From an uncultured Alphaproteobacteria bacterium (GTDB taxonomy: Bacteria; Pseudomonadota; Alphaproteobacteria; Rhizobiales; Rhodomicrobiaceae), in the NCBI GenBank assembly GCA_963772105.1, contig CAVYVV010000030.1, positions 35,660 through 99,659 of the forward strand: DNA of 64,000 nucleotides, read 5' to 3'. This document shows, in pieces, positions 32,073 through 43,500 of the stretch. The notes under the pieces were generated by a model. The model was not told where the DNA came from and did not search any database. It was given only the letters and a program-made list of their open reading frames with translations. How positions within the stretch are numbered: position 1 is the first letter of the stretch; each line of letters begins with the position of its first letter. Both the position numbers and the translations under genes were made by a program.

Positions 32073-32775
32073 TATGAACGCTGAAGTTGCCTCAGATCAC
32101 GTTTCACTCTCAGCCCCATGCGAAACCATATGGAGAGAAGCCAGGCAGCAGACAGAAGCGCACAGAGCATGAGGACCACGGTCGCGGCGGCAACCCGGTA
32201 TCCGTGGAACACCACAACCACACCATCGCCGTCCACGCGCACCGATCTCACCGTTGCGAGAAAAACGCGCCGCCGCTCGTTTCCGCCTTTATTCTCTTCG
32301 CTGGAAAAGCATCTGCCAGAGTTCTGGCGATAGAGGTTGCGAGCGGGTTCAGCATCGCATTGAGTCGGCTCAGCAAAGGGCGCCCGGCGTCTCGCGGCAG
32401 CCGTGTCTTCGACACATGGAAGAATATCGCGCGTGTATTCGCGTCATACTCCGGGGTGCCGATGATCTCGACCGGGGTATGGATCAGATGTCCGGACACA
32501 TGGGCTTTGATCTGCACCTCACCGTTAACCGAAACATCCAGGATGGCGATCTCAAAACCGTGCCAGGGTTTGGGCGGATGAGTTCGCGCATAGCTCGAAA
32601 GCATCTCGCCCGTCAGGCGCATTTCCGCATTTTCAATCAGGACGCGCCATAAGCCGGCAAGGCTTGCAATCAGCAATATAAGCGCGACGATCCCTGCGAT
32701 ACTTCTCTTGCCCGCCAGCACCTTTCGCCCCCACGGCCCCTGCCACCGCTTTGTTGAATACACCAAAACTCTCAT
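32073..32775 (-). CDS. Hypothetical membrane-anchored protein, frameshift near 32260
   Basis: N-terminal TM, beta-rich body, C-terminal TM in a second frame. Confidence 0.5.
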
Positions 32776-33138
32776 GCACGATTTGATCAGACCTTTGTAG
32801 TTCTAAGAATGCGCCGGAGTTCCAAAGGGCTAACATTGCGGAGGCGATCATGGAGCACAGCAAGAGCGATTTCCAGAGCCTCAAGCATCGCGGTGCTGAC
32901 CAGTCACCCGATGTTTTCCACTTCTGATGGTTCAGATACGCGTGTTTCCCTTGTATCGTATTGACAAAAGCCACTCGAAGACGTTTCTGTAGCTGCCCAA
33001 TTGGGTTTGGAAGAACCAGCAATAGCGCTTGCTTCCCACAGTCGTTATCACTCCATACAGATTGCGCTGTTTTTGCTCCCAGAACCGCTCGTAGGGATAA
33101 GCACTGCCGCGCATGGCTGCTGCCAGAAAGGAAGGAAC

Positions 33139-33612
33139 GTGACTAGTTATAACGAAACGCTCAAGGTCGTTGCTCTTGAGGACGGCAGCTCAGCTGTCGT
33201 CAAGATCGACGCCGCGAACCCGCGCCTGCTGGAAGTGGTGGCAACGTTTTATGACGCAGCAAGGGCTCAGCAGTACGTCATGCGGACAGGGGCTCAGATG
33301 CATGAGCCTCAGGTGCAGGTCCAGGCGGAGATCTCAGAGCCTGAGCTGCCCGCAGCTCGGAATGGAAAGAGCGCCAAGCCAAACGGAGTTACACCCGAAC
33401 TCAGCGCCCGCCAGAGCGCCGTGCTGAACGCGCTTCGCGCGAAGATGGACGAAAATAAGCAGGTTGAGACGAAAGCCGCCGTCCTCGCCGAGGCCGCACA
33501 AATACCGCTCGGCTCGCTTCACTCGATTCTGGGATCGCTTGAGAAAAAACAGCTGATCGTCAACACGCGTCCCGGTTCCCCAAAAGCGCCAGCGGTGTAC
33601 CAGGTTCTTTGA
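33139..33612 (+). CDS. Protein with C-terminal winged-helix domain
   Basis: AGGAAGG RBS, GTG start; LSARQSAVLNAL...GSLHSILGSLEKKQLI. Confidence 0.65.
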   Translation: MTSYNETLKVVALEDGSSAVVKIDAANPRLLEVVATFYDAARAQQYVMRTGAQMHEPQVQVQAEISEPELPAARNGKSAKPNGVTPELSARQSAVLNALRAKMDENKQVETKAAVLAEAAQIPLGSLHSILGSLEKKQLIVNTRPGSPKAPAVYQVL

Positions 33613-34415
33613 ACAACCCCTGCCCCAGTTGCCCCGGCCGGCTGGGAGCAACTGGATCTCAGCCAGGTTTTCCAGACGCGCCAACGGATCGCGTCAGTTC
33701 GCGCCCGGCACAGGAACCGGCTTACAAAGCAACTGGCGATTTGTATGCACTGCGTAAAAGGCGGCATTTTGCTCGATCCCCGGGTTGGCTTGCGTCCGGA
33801 TTGCCTGGGCCGGGATCTTAGGAAAATGCGCCTTGCCGGGAGGTTAATTTTCGGTAAGTCACTGGTATTGCGAGAAAAAATGCAGATGAGGGCTTACGTC
33901 GCCGCCGCTGCGAAAAGCGCGAGTATGGTTAACGGGCGCGGCTGAAAACATATTTAACGGACTTTTGCGAGTCCGTTTTTTCGCTGTTTTTCGCGTTTTG
34001 GAGCATTTTTTACGCAGGAAATATATCCTTTTGCGCCGCCGTTTAACCAACTCCGGTTAACGGCTAAGCGGCGTGGTAACGAACTGTTGACCATGACGGG
34101 TGCTCGCGCCTTACGAGGGTGAAACGCGCGCGCCGTTTACGCCTCGCCGCCGCCCTCCAAAGCGCTTCGTTCGCCGAAAGCTGGCGTGCCGCGCAGAAGG
34201 CTCAGCTTAGGGCTGTTTCGCCCAAGACAACAATCATATTGGCAAGCGAAAGCCTGACTTGTTCCCGTCTTCGCGCTCGGAGGCCCCCTGGCATGAACCT
34301 GCGAAATTAGCTCTGTGGTCGAACTGAAGTGAAATCGATAGAACTCAATCAGCACTCTGCTCGATCCATAAGGCGTGAAGGCAACGCAAAAAACCTTTTT
34401 CACCAATGAGGCGAA

Positions 34416-34505
34416 TGAAAAATCCCTAACGGCAGTGAGGGGGATCACGGGCAGCCGTTAGGGATTACTAGGGGCCATATCACGGCCCCTTCCCCATACT
34501 TTTTA
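34416..34505 (-). ncRNA. Candidate sRNA or orphan terminator
   Basis: 7-bp hairpin 34470-34490, then a 13-bp perfect hairpin (34421-34433 with 34454-34466) followed by a U-run on the minus strand. Confidence 0.35.
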
Positions 34506-34621
34506 GAAGCATACTTGTCAATCCGTTCGATTTCTGCCGTGATTCGTTCCTGTGGATAGGCTTAACAGAAGGCATGCTCTTCTCGTCCCCGGCGCCGCCG
34601 TGCCCGCTCTGATGCAACAAG

Positions 34622-34735
34622 CGAGAGCGCGTCCGGAAAAGTGCGAAGCGGCTTTCGGATAAGAGGCACGATAAAACTTAGAGCCCGCCTTTTTTCCATC
34701 GAATGCGGATAGGCTCCGGAGCCTATCCGCACCCC
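34622..34735 (+). repeat. Family-1 repeat
   Basis: gtccggaaaagtgcgaagcgg core. Confidence 0.75.
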
Positions 34736-34848
34736 GAAAGACGGCCGCAATTCGGGCTTTGGTGCAGTTGCCGCACGCCGGCATCTTCTCAAGGTCTCAG
34801 GACACGGCTACACTTGTTCCACAAAACCTTACCCGGGGAGGAAAAAAC

Positions 34849-35223
34849 ATGTCGGAGAATCCGTTTGAAGTCTCGCAGACCATGCGTGACCTGGCCGAGC
34901 AGAACATGAAGCAGGCGCACGCCGCTTATGAACAAGTCACGGATTTCGTGAGCAAAACCATGACGACCTGGATGGGAGCGCTGCCCTCCACGCCCGTGGC
35001 CATTGGCTTCAAGGATGTTCAAGACCGCGCGATGGACTTCGCCACAGACAATGCCGAGTCGGCTTTCGCGTTCGCTGGAAAGGTCTGCAACGCACACTCC
35101 AGCCAAGAGATTTTATCGCTTCAAACGCAATTCGCTCAGGACCGGATGCAGGCTTATGTCGCGCACACCCAGGAGCTTTGCAAGTTGATGGGAGAAGCTT
35201 TCCAGAAGCTGCAACGCAGCTGA
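34849..35223 (+). CDS. Phasin-family (PHA granule) protein
   Basis: FEVSQTMRDLAEQ...QAHAAYE, ILSLQTQFAQ; GGAGG RBS. Confidence 0.78.
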   Translation: MSENPFEVSQTMRDLAEQNMKQAHAAYEQVTDFVSKTMTTWMGALPSTPVAIGFKDVQDRAMDFATDNAESAFAFAGKVCNAHSSQEILSLQTQFAQDRMQAYVAHTQELCKLMGEAFQKLQRS

Positions 35224-35544
35224 TTTATCCAACTGGCATGAACGGAAGGCATTGCGAAGAACCCATCTTCTGAGGTTTGAGGCGGTGCGTTTCGCTCGCC
35301 TCGCAGCAAAAGGACTCGCAGCCCCCAACCGCTGAAATGCGCACACAGAAAAAAAGCCGCGCCCAAGAAAAGGCGCGGCTCGCGTGGGGTGTTCCCGCCA
35401 AAGGAACATCCGATGTAACAAGCCAGAGCGTGACTTGTTCCAATCCATCCGAACCATTCCATTCAATTTCTTGCCGTCGCGCGACAACTTTTTCTCGTGC
35501 CGAGCGTTCCTCCCATGCTCGGTTCCAGATAGACCATGAGTTGA

Positions 35545-35769
35545 GTGATGAGCGGAACAGTCCTTTTGATTGCGGGCGTTGTACTGGGCGCCCTCGCATT
35601 TTGGCTTCTGCAGGATACGTGGCCCTTCCGGTATCACAGCCGGCATTATTATCAGCAACGCGGCCCCTACCAGACATGGGGACCTCCGATGGCACCAGCG
35701 TATGATCCTTACGCGTGGCGCGTGAGGAGAGCGCCGCCCGGCCCCTGCGATATGCCCTGCCGCTATTGA
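35545..35769 (+). CDS. Small membrane-anchored Pro/Tyr-rich protein
   Basis: One N-terminal TM; 74 aa. Confidence 0.45.
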   Translation: MMSGTVLLIAGVVLGALAFWLLQDTWPFRYHSRHYYQQRGPYQTWGPPMAPAYDPYAWRVRRAPPGPCDMPCRY

Positions 35770-36061
35770 TCGACGCTGCTGAAGCCTCCCCGAAGCCCCT
35801 GGAGCCCCTCCCCGAAGAAGGGAGGGGAATGGCTGGGCGTGCATTGGCAGCTGACAACTCGCTTTTTGAGTGAAGTGAGAATAGTCCGGCACACCTTTAG
35901 CTGCTTGGACCAATTTTGATCCGGCCCGTTTGAAGCGCTTGCGCCAATTGTTTCCGATCGAATAGACCGCGGCCCGCCCCCTTGTCCCTTCGCGCGGGAG
36001 GCTCGCCAGCAAAAGTGGCAGGCACGCCAAGGCGTGATTGCGGGAAAAGCTGCGGTCCGAT

Positions 36062-36166
36062 CTAGAGCCTATCCGCTTTTGATGGAATCAAAAGCGGGCT
36101 CTAAGTTTCTGTTTTACCGTGCGTCTTGTCGGAAAACCGCTTCGCACTTTTCCGGACGCACTCTAG
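36062..36166 (-). repeat. Family-1 repeat (complete copy)
   Basis: 105 bp bounded by ctagag...ctctag, two internal hairpins. Confidence 0.85.
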
Positions 36167-36343
36167 CATCGCCGTTCCCGCTGTTGGGTTCGAGACAGCG
36201 CGCTCGCTGCGGGTCTCGGCCGGCCCAATTCCTGGAACATGGAAAAGCAAAGCCTGTGCTCCTGCCAAACCAATTCGCCTGCTGATGGAACCCAATCAGG
36301 CTTGACGGGGATGTAATCAAAATGGGTCTCAGGGGTAAACAGG

Positions 36344-36826
36344 ATGTGGGACAACCCGATCGATCTGATTATCGCCGCCCTCAATTCCGCGCTGGAAGCG
36401 GCGATCACCGGCCTCGGCGAAGGGCTCAGAAGTCTTCGGAACCTCTATAGGAAGCTGAAGCTTTTGTTTCGTGTGCTCGTCATCACACTGTTGTTCCTAT
36501 TCCCGTTCCTCTTTTTCCTCTTTATCGGAGTGAAGGAGGAAATCCCCTGGCTGATCATTCTCTTCGGGGCGCTCATATCGATCTATATTGCCCTGATTAT
36601 CAGAGGATTCTTCAAAGCCGTAAGCACGAAGGCAGAGGTGAATGACGTTCCCATAACAAATCGCCTGCCTTTCAGCCTTATCGCGATCTTCGCATTGATG
36701 GATATAGCGTTGATCAGCTACTGGATTGCGTCATACAATCTCGGCTACAACCTCGTGCAGGAGGCGAGTTTCTACCTTCAGCATTTGAGGGAAGAATACA
36801 GCCGCTCGGCTTTACAGCTGCGCTGA
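36344..36826 (+). CDS. Hypothetical membrane protein
   Basis: 3 TM segments, lower GC. Confidence 0.6.
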   Translation: MWDNPIDLIIAALNSALEAAITGLGEGLRSLRNLYRKLKLLFRVLVITLLFLFPFLFFLFIGVKEEIPWLIILFGALISIYIALIIRGFFKAVSTKAEVNDVPITNRLPFSLIAIFALMDIALISYWIASYNLGYNLVQEASFYLQHLREEYSRSALQLR

Positions 36827-36975
36827 ACATGCCGCCTTGAACCGCTTCGCGGGTCCGATTGCCGTCAGCGTTTCTCTGAGAGACGGTGTCGCGTTGCTGG
36901 GCGCGGTTCCCGTCGGCCAATCACATGCGGAAAACGCGGCCGATACTATGGAGCGTCCGGCTGCACGCGGGTTGC

Positions 36976-37302
36976 TCAGATCCGCCCTCTGGCCTTGGCT
37001 TTCCGCCAGCAAGCCCGCTGGGGTACGCGCCGCATCGACAAGAGCCGGCGTGAGAGCATTTTGCAGGCGTTGAAAAACTCCAGGTTGGGACAAAAATCGG
37101 GTCCGGCCTTCGGGACGCCCTTGTCGAGCCAATGCAGGCAGATGCAGCTGTCTTCGCACTGAAGGCACCTCGAACGGGCCTCGGTGTAGGCGTCCCCATT
37201 TCTCAAGCGAAGCAGGGCGAGAACATCGACATGAAGACGATCCATCATTTGATGCATGCGGGTCGCCCGCCGCTCTTCGGTCCTACGCATAGCCCACCGC
37301 AT
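36976..37302 (-). CDS. DUF6455-like Cys-rich protein
   Basis: RCLQC...CLHWL...PDFCPN pattern. Confidence 0.6.
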   Translation of the reverse strand: MRWAMRRTEERRATRMHQMMDRLHVDVLALLRLRNGDAYTEARSRCLQCEDSCICLHWLDKGVPKAGPDFCPNLEFFNACKMLSRRLLSMRRVPQRACWRKAKARGRI

Positions 37303-37576
37303 GATATGCCACCCTTCTCATTAAGATCGAAACTTATAATTGCCAAAAGTGCAAGACAGTTTTTTAAAGACAGAGCATCCACGTAAGCATGGCAGGCAGC
37401 AACGGAACGCATAACAATTGGCCTGGAGGAGCAACGTCGCGCCGAGTATTCCCGCAAGAGGAACCGAATTGCCTCGAAGCAATTGCCACCGCCTTTGAGG
37501 CGATCATTTGGATGATAAGCGGCGGCCGCGCGGCATTTTTGGGGTAAGAACCTGAGGAATTTAAGGAAATGCGAGC

Positions 37577-38374
37577 ATGACAAGATCTCGGCCGGTGAAA
37601 GCCTGCGTGTTCGACGCGTACGGAACCTTGTTTGACGTTCATGCCCCAGCGGCGGCGCTTGCGGCCGAGCTTGGGGAAATCGGCCCCGCCATCTCGGCGC
37701 AATGGCGGACGAAGCAACTCGAATACACCTGGCTTCGAAGCCTCATGGGCCGATACGCCGACTTCTCCCGGGTCACGGCGGACGCCCTCGATTATGTGCT
37801 TGAGGCGAATGGTCTGTCCGGCTCACCGCTGCGCGATAAACTCCTGGCCCTTTATACGTCGCTTGCCGCCTATCCCGATGCCGCGCCCTGCCTTGCGGCT
37901 TTGAAGAACGCGGGTGCTCGAACCGGCATCCTGTCCAACGGTTCGCCTTCCATGCTCGCCGCCGCCGTGACCTCCGCACAGCTTGGCGCCTCCCTCGACT
38001 ACATTCTCTCGGTTGACGCTTTGCGCATCTACAAGCCAAGCCCGGAGGTCTACAAACTCGCCTGCACTGCGTTCGGGGTTGAGGCCGGGGAAATCGCCTT
38101 TGTGTCTGCGAATGGCTGGGATTGTGCCGGCGCCGCCGCTTTCGGCTTTCGCGTTATCCATGTGAACCGCTTCCGCCAGGCCGATGAACTGCTCGGCGTT
38201 GCTCCCGAGGGTCATGCCGCCAACCTCCTCGAAGGTGCGGCGCAGCTTATCCGATGCTCTTCAAGGCAGCCAGCACGACGACGGCCCCGGCCACATAGGT
38301 CCTGGTTCTCCGGCCGCATGACCCAAGGAGCGTCAGCCGCGGTCCGTCCCGGTCCTTGGCGTCCTGCGCCTTGA
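37577..38374 (+). CDS. Haloacid dehalogenase type II (true end probably ~38270)
   Basis: FDAYGTLFD, WRTKQLEYTW, LSNG, YKP, SANGWD. Confidence 0.88.
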   Translation: MTRSRPVKACVFDAYGTLFDVHAPAAALAAELGEIGPAISAQWRTKQLEYTWLRSLMGRYADFSRVTADALDYVLEANGLSGSPLRDKLLALYTSLAAYPDAAPCLAALKNAGARTGILSNGSPSMLAAAVTSAQLGASLDYILSVDALRIYKPSPEVYKLACTAFGVEAGEIAFVSANGWDCAGAAAFGFRVIHVNRFRQADELLGVAPEGHAANLLEGAAQLIRCSSRQPARRRPRPHRSWFSGRMTQGASAAVRPGPWRPAP

Positions 38375-39206
38375 TGGCCTCGCGCGCCTGTCGCCAGTCC
38401 TCGTCTGACCAGGCGCGCAAGTCGTAAAAATTTCCGCCCGTCGCGATCGCCTGGCCGCCATCCATGGAAATGGTCTGGCCGGTGAGCCAATCGCAGCCGT
38501 CCGACATGAGGAAGACCGCAAGATTTTGCAGCTCTTCGATCGTTCCCACACGTCCCATCGGGTTGATCTTGCCGTGCGTTCTCCGGGCGCGGATGCCGGC
38601 GTCAGGCGCTTGTTCATCCCCTCCGTCGGGATTTCTCCGGGCGCGATGGCGTTGAGCCTGATGCCGTGGCGGCCCCATTCGGACGCAAGCGACAGGGTCA
38701 TGGCGTGAACGGCAGCCTTGCTCATGGCCGAGGGCACGGTGAAAGGCCCGCCATTCCAAATCCAGGTCGTGAGAATGGAGAGGATCGTGCCGCGATGCCC
38801 TCCCGCAATCCAGCGCCGCCCGGCAGCGTGGGTGACATAGAACGTGCCGCGCATGACGGTATCGGCGATCGCATTGAAGCCGCGCGGGCTCAAATCCTCC
38901 GTGCGGGAAATGAAGTTGCCGGCCGCGTTGTTCACGAGGCCGGTGAGCGGGCCGGAAGCAAAAATCTCCTCGACCATGAGAGTCGACGGCCTCGGCGTCT
39001 CTGATATCGACGCCGAAAGCCGTGACCTTGCCGCCATGCCGCTGCATGAGGTCTGCCGCCGTCTCCTCGCAAACGCTCTTGCGGCGGCCGCAGATGAAAA
39101 TCTCAGCGCCGAGGCCGAGGAAGCGGTCGGCCATCGCTTTGCCGAGGCCCGTACCGCCACCGGTGACAAGAATGCGCTGGCCTTCGAACAAGCCCTTTTC
39201 GAACAT
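38333..39206 (-). CDS. SDR oxidoreductase (2,4-dienoyl-CoA reductase-like), frameshifted
   Basis: TGGGTGLG, NNAAGNF, PSAMSKAA, NAIAPG. Confidence 0.82.
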
Positions 39207-39459
39207 CGTTTCTCCCGAGCGCCGCGTCCGAAGCCGGACACGGCTTTCTCGCCTGCCAGGATCACTAAACAGAGTTCCCAAAAGTGGCATTCCCGGTTTT
39301 GGGAAAAAACTCTGTGAAATCAAAAGGATTCTAAGCAGACATTCGTTGGCCGGCCAAGGAATGTCTGCTTAGTGTTGTATCCGGCGGCGGGGATGTCCAG
39401 TCACGACGGTTAAGATCGATCACCGATCGGGTTCAACAGAGGTGTGCGGTGCGCGTTAT

Positions 39460-39600
39460 GGGCAGCGTAGGAGCCCATGGTCAGTCCGCCAGCTTCCCTC
39501 CAAGCGGCGAACTTGTCATTCTTGCCGCCGTCGATTTGCATCTGGTCTCGATAAAACCGGTGGTGACAGGTGGAACGCCATGAAAAGCGCTGGGGCACCG
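39460..39600 (-). pseudogene. Fragment of an AcpA-type acid phosphatase/phosphoesterase
   Basis: HRFYRDQMQIDGGKNDKFAAW...AGGLTMG segment only. Confidence 0.5.
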
Positions 39601-39654
39601 ACGTTAACATCCGGGCGGTGCTCACACTGGGAAAAGAAACAGCCGAGCCAAGCA

Positions 39655-40290
39655 GGAACGATCCCCCGGCAAAGCCGGGGGCTTTATTGATTTGAGCCGC
39701 TCAAAGCGGCTGGAAGGGGACGCTAACGCGGCCCCGGATGCTTAAGCCACAAAGTGGCATGTCAACGCCAGAGGTTCATCTGCTCAAGCCTTTGATCCTC
39801 TTCTCCTGGTTCTTGATGTAATCCCGGATCACGCCTTCGTCCCGCCCTATGGTCGAGACGAAGTAGCCTCGAGCCCAGAAATGCTGTCCCACGTAATCTG
39901 CGCCGCCGCTCGCCGTAGACGCGGGCCAGATCAATTGCGCCTTGCCTTTGATGTATCCGGTCACCTGCGAAACGGCATATTTCGGAGGGATCGAGATCAT
40001 CGTATCCACATGATCCACCATCAAATGACCCTCTTCGCTCCGGCTTTCTTTCTGTGCCGCAAGGTAACGCAAATCGTCGCTTCCGAAGGGTCCGCAACTC
40101 CCCGTAAAGAACTTTCCGGCGGTATTTGGGAACGAAAACGATGTGATATTTGCAGTCCCATTTCGAGTGACTTAAACTCTCAAAGTCGTCCATCGTGACT
40201 TGACCTTTCGTGTGCGTGGTGGCTCACGAAAGTCAAAGTCGCGGTGGACTTCAGGAAACGTTCAAACTGCTGAGAGCGTCCCCGGCGAGA
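39655..40290 (-). mobile_element. tnpA: Degenerate IS200-type element; tnpA (39762-40193) frameshifted
   Basis: KYHIVFVPKYRRK, DHVD (HUH altered), FWARGYFVST, YIKNQ; end hairpin cccccggcaaagccggggg at 39663-39681. Confidence 0.8.
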
Positions 40291-40319
40291 AGGCTCAGAG
40301 GCATGTCCCGATACACGGT

Positions 40320-40426
40320 TTAGAGGATCTATCCGCTTTTGATGGAATCAAAAGCGGATTCTAAGTTTTTGTTTTGTCGTGCGTCTTATCGGAAAACCGC
40401 TTCGCACTTTTCCGGACGCACTCTAG
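40320..40426 (-). repeat. Family-1 repeat
   Basis: Near-identical to 36062-36166. Confidence 0.85.
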
Positions 40427-40504
40427 AACGGGATTAAATTGGCACTTACGTCGTGAGCCGCGACCGCCGCGGCCTCCCCCTTTTTCAATCGCGATCGGAA
40501 TGCC

Positions 40505-41974
40505 ATGGCAAAGCCCAACAGTTTGAAGCGACTTACACCTGCTGCCGCCGTCGACCGGCTCGAAGAATTATACGCGAAAGCCGCTTCGGCGCTCGCCGAG
40601 GCCCTTGATACCTATCTGAGCACAGGCATTCCCCCTTCGCCCGAAACGCGCGCGAAGTTCCGCTATCCGTTCCTGCGCGTGATTTACCGCAACGAAGTGC
40701 AGACGCACTCGCCAACGCTTCGCGCCTTCGCCAGGCTCGAGCGCCCCGGCGTCTATGAGACGACGGTGACCCATCCGGCCCCTTTCCGGGGCTATCTTCT
40801 TGAGCAACTCGAGCCGCTCGCGGCAGAATATGGCGCGGAGATCGAGGTCGGCTTGAGCGCCCAGGAGATCCCCTACCCTTACGTGATCGAACGCACGGAA
40901 GAGATCACAGGCGCCAATGTCTCCGCAAGCGAGCTCGCGCGCCATTTCCCGACGCCGCACCTCTCTGCCGTCGGCGACGAGATTGCGGACGGGCTGTTCA
41001 AGCGCAGGGCGGGCGAACCGCATCCGCTGGCCCTGTTCGACGCGGTCCGCACCGACTTTTCGCTCCGCAGGCTCGTTCACTATACGGGGAGCGACTGGCG
41101 CCATATGCAGCGCTGGATTTTGCTCACCAACTACCATCGCTATGTCGACCAGTTCCTGCGCTGGGGGCGCGATGAGCTCAATCGCGAAAGCGCCTTCGAC
41201 CGGCTCGTGCTGCCGGGCGATGTGGTCATTGGCCGGCAGCACTCGCCCGAAGAGGCCGAGGCGCTGCTCAAGAGCTCGCAATGGCATCGCTACCAGATGC
41301 CTGCCTACCACCTGACGAGCGGCGGAGACGCCGGGGGTGACGCTGATCAATATCGGCGTCGGCCCGTCCAACGCCAAGAACATCACCGACCATCTGGCTG
41401 TCATCCGCCCCAATTGCTGGCTCATGGTCGGCCATTGCGGCGGGGCTCCGCGACACCCAGTTGATCGGCGACTATGTGCTCGCCCACGCCTATCTGCGCC
41501 AGGATCGCATTCTCGACGAGCTGATCCCGCCGAGCGTGCCCATCCCCGCGCTGGCCGAGGTGCAGGTGGCTCTGCAGGAGGCCGCCGCATCCGTACCGGG
41601 CATGGCGGCGACGCGCTGAAGCAGCGGCTCCGCACGGGCACCGTCGTCACCAATGACGACCGCAATTGGGAACTGCGCTTCACCCAGGAGCGAAAGCGCA
41701 TCAACCTCTCGCGCGCCGTTGCCGTCGACATGGAAAGCGGCACGATCGCGGCGCAAGGCTATCGCCTGCGCGTCCCTACGGCACGCTGCTCTGCGTCTCC
41801 GACAAGCCGCTGCACGGCGAGATCAAACTGCCGGGCGCGGCAAACGCCTTCTACGAGACGGCGATCGCCCAGCATTTGAAGATCGGCCTTGCCGCTCTCG
41901 ACCTCCTCAAAGGGAGGCGAGACAGCCTCCATTCGCGCAAGTTGCGATCTTTCGATGAGCCGCCGTTCCGATGA
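40505..41974 (+). CDS. amn: AMP nucleosidase, frameshifted
   Basis: LTNYHRYVD, QMPAYH, INIGVGPSNAK, DMES, VSDKPLHGEIKLPG, DEPPFR. Confidence 0.92.
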
Positions 41975-42941
41975 GACGAGCCAGCGCCACTCTAAGCAAG
42001 CAGTTCTGGCTTCGCGAACCTTTGTTGCCGTCTTCGGTGGCAGGGGTGAAGGGAAATTCTGCCGTCGGTGCGATTCCAGAGAATAGGGGCCAACTCAAAA
42101 GACAACCGCTATGAACTCAACTGCTGAAGAAGAAAAGAACAGCATCAGCGGATGATGAATTTCCTTTATCTCTTTCGGTATATTTTTCCTCGATGTCTTT
42201 CCTTTTCCGTTATGAACTAAGTAAACTTAAGAAGCCTGCGTTCGTACAATTTTTTTATTGAACTTATAGTCAAAAACCGTAAAATTATTGAACAAAGCAT
42301 TCGAATTCAAAGCCTGGAACATAAAAGCAGCATTACAATTTGCTGGAAGAGGCTTATGTGAAAAAAGTGCTTTCTTGTCTTATTTGGTCAGCTCACTAAG
42401 AAAGAATGCAGATCGTTATATAAAAACGCCATCTCGGTGTGTCGTCGAGATGAATACATCTTTCATGGAAACTCTAGAAGATGTTATTCTCCGAAGACGC
42501 CACCGCATTATTCAGAATGTGTCGTAGTGTTGAAAGAATATCTTGAACCGCATTGATCCTGCCAACAGGGTACCCAACCCTCGCCGTCTCTTTCGAATCC
42601 AGTGAAATTTTTTCAAATTGTAGATTTGCCCTCCTTAAAGTCTTCGCAGAAATTTAGGAAATGAGTTGGCATGAGAACTAGAAGCCCAACAGTTGGCGAA
42701 GTATATCGCTGTCCTTGCTGAATTCATAAAATCTTCCACCGATGCAGTTTTGTGAGACGTAACAATGATCAGCATCATGAAACATCTTGTAAAATCGCTT
42801 TTGTATGACCACTGTTGCTGAGCCTCCCTATACCAACGTTCGGTAGTGTCTCAGTTCTGAAAACTGTCGGCCTGCTTGACATTGCCAAGCGATGGCGCAA
42901 TCTCCCTGTTATGCTTAGCGTAAAGCATTAGGAGATCGATC

Positions 42942-43238
42942 ATGAGAGAAGTTAGTCCAGACTTTGCAGAAATTTATCAAAGATTTGAACAAATTTGCGT
43001 CTGAACATGGGTATTATCCCACCCATTTAATGGGGATGATCCAGCGCCACGGAACAATACTGGCAATCGAGAAGCTTGTGAAAAGCGGAGATACTGCAAA
43101 AGCAGGCTTTAAGCGTCTCCACCAGCTTCGCCTTTTAAATTGGACTATCCAAGCAGCCGTTTTGAAGTTCCCTAACGAGTTTTCTCAAGGACGCACATGA
43201 TTGCGCCGAGTTCCGGCTTCGGGCAGATTAAAGAGGTT
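42942..43238 (+). CDS. Small hypothetical passenger protein, frameshifted
   Basis: AGGAG RBS, ATG at 42942; body GYYPTHLMGMI...GFKRL in ORF 42964-43200. Confidence 0.5.
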
Positions 43239-43245
43239 AGCCGCA

Positions 43246-43500
43246 ATGCCTAAAGGACCGAAGGGCGAGAAGCGCCCCGCTGATGTGATCGGAGCCGCTG
43301 TCAAGATTGCCAAGATCGCCACGGGCGAGATCGAAGAAGATATTGGCACTCCCGATAAGGAAGGCAAAGACCCTGCCGCCGTCTCGATGGGCAAGCGAGG
43401 CGGAAAAGCGCGCGCTCAAGCCATGACGCCAGAACGGCGCGCGGAGATCGCCAAGAAAGCCGCTCAAAAGCGATGGTCTAGCGGGAAGGAAGACGCTTAG
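43246..43500 (+). CDS. Small basic protein (KRPADVIG...GGKARA...ERRAEIAKKAA..RW)
   Basis: GAGG RBS, intact 84-aa ORF. Confidence 0.7.
   Translation: MPKGPKGEKRPADVIGAAVKIAKIATGEIEEDIGTPDKEGKDPAAVSMGKRGGKARAQAMTPERRAEIAKKAAQKRWSSGKEDA

Noticed and set aside
33900-34100. CtrA boxes or replication origin from clustered TTAAC
   Set aside because: No exact TTAA-N7-TTAA spacing found; half-sites only.
39655-40290. IS200/IS605 element with an RNA-guided TnpB or IscB nuclease
   Set aside because: Only a broken tnpA is present; no nuclease ORF lies between the ends.
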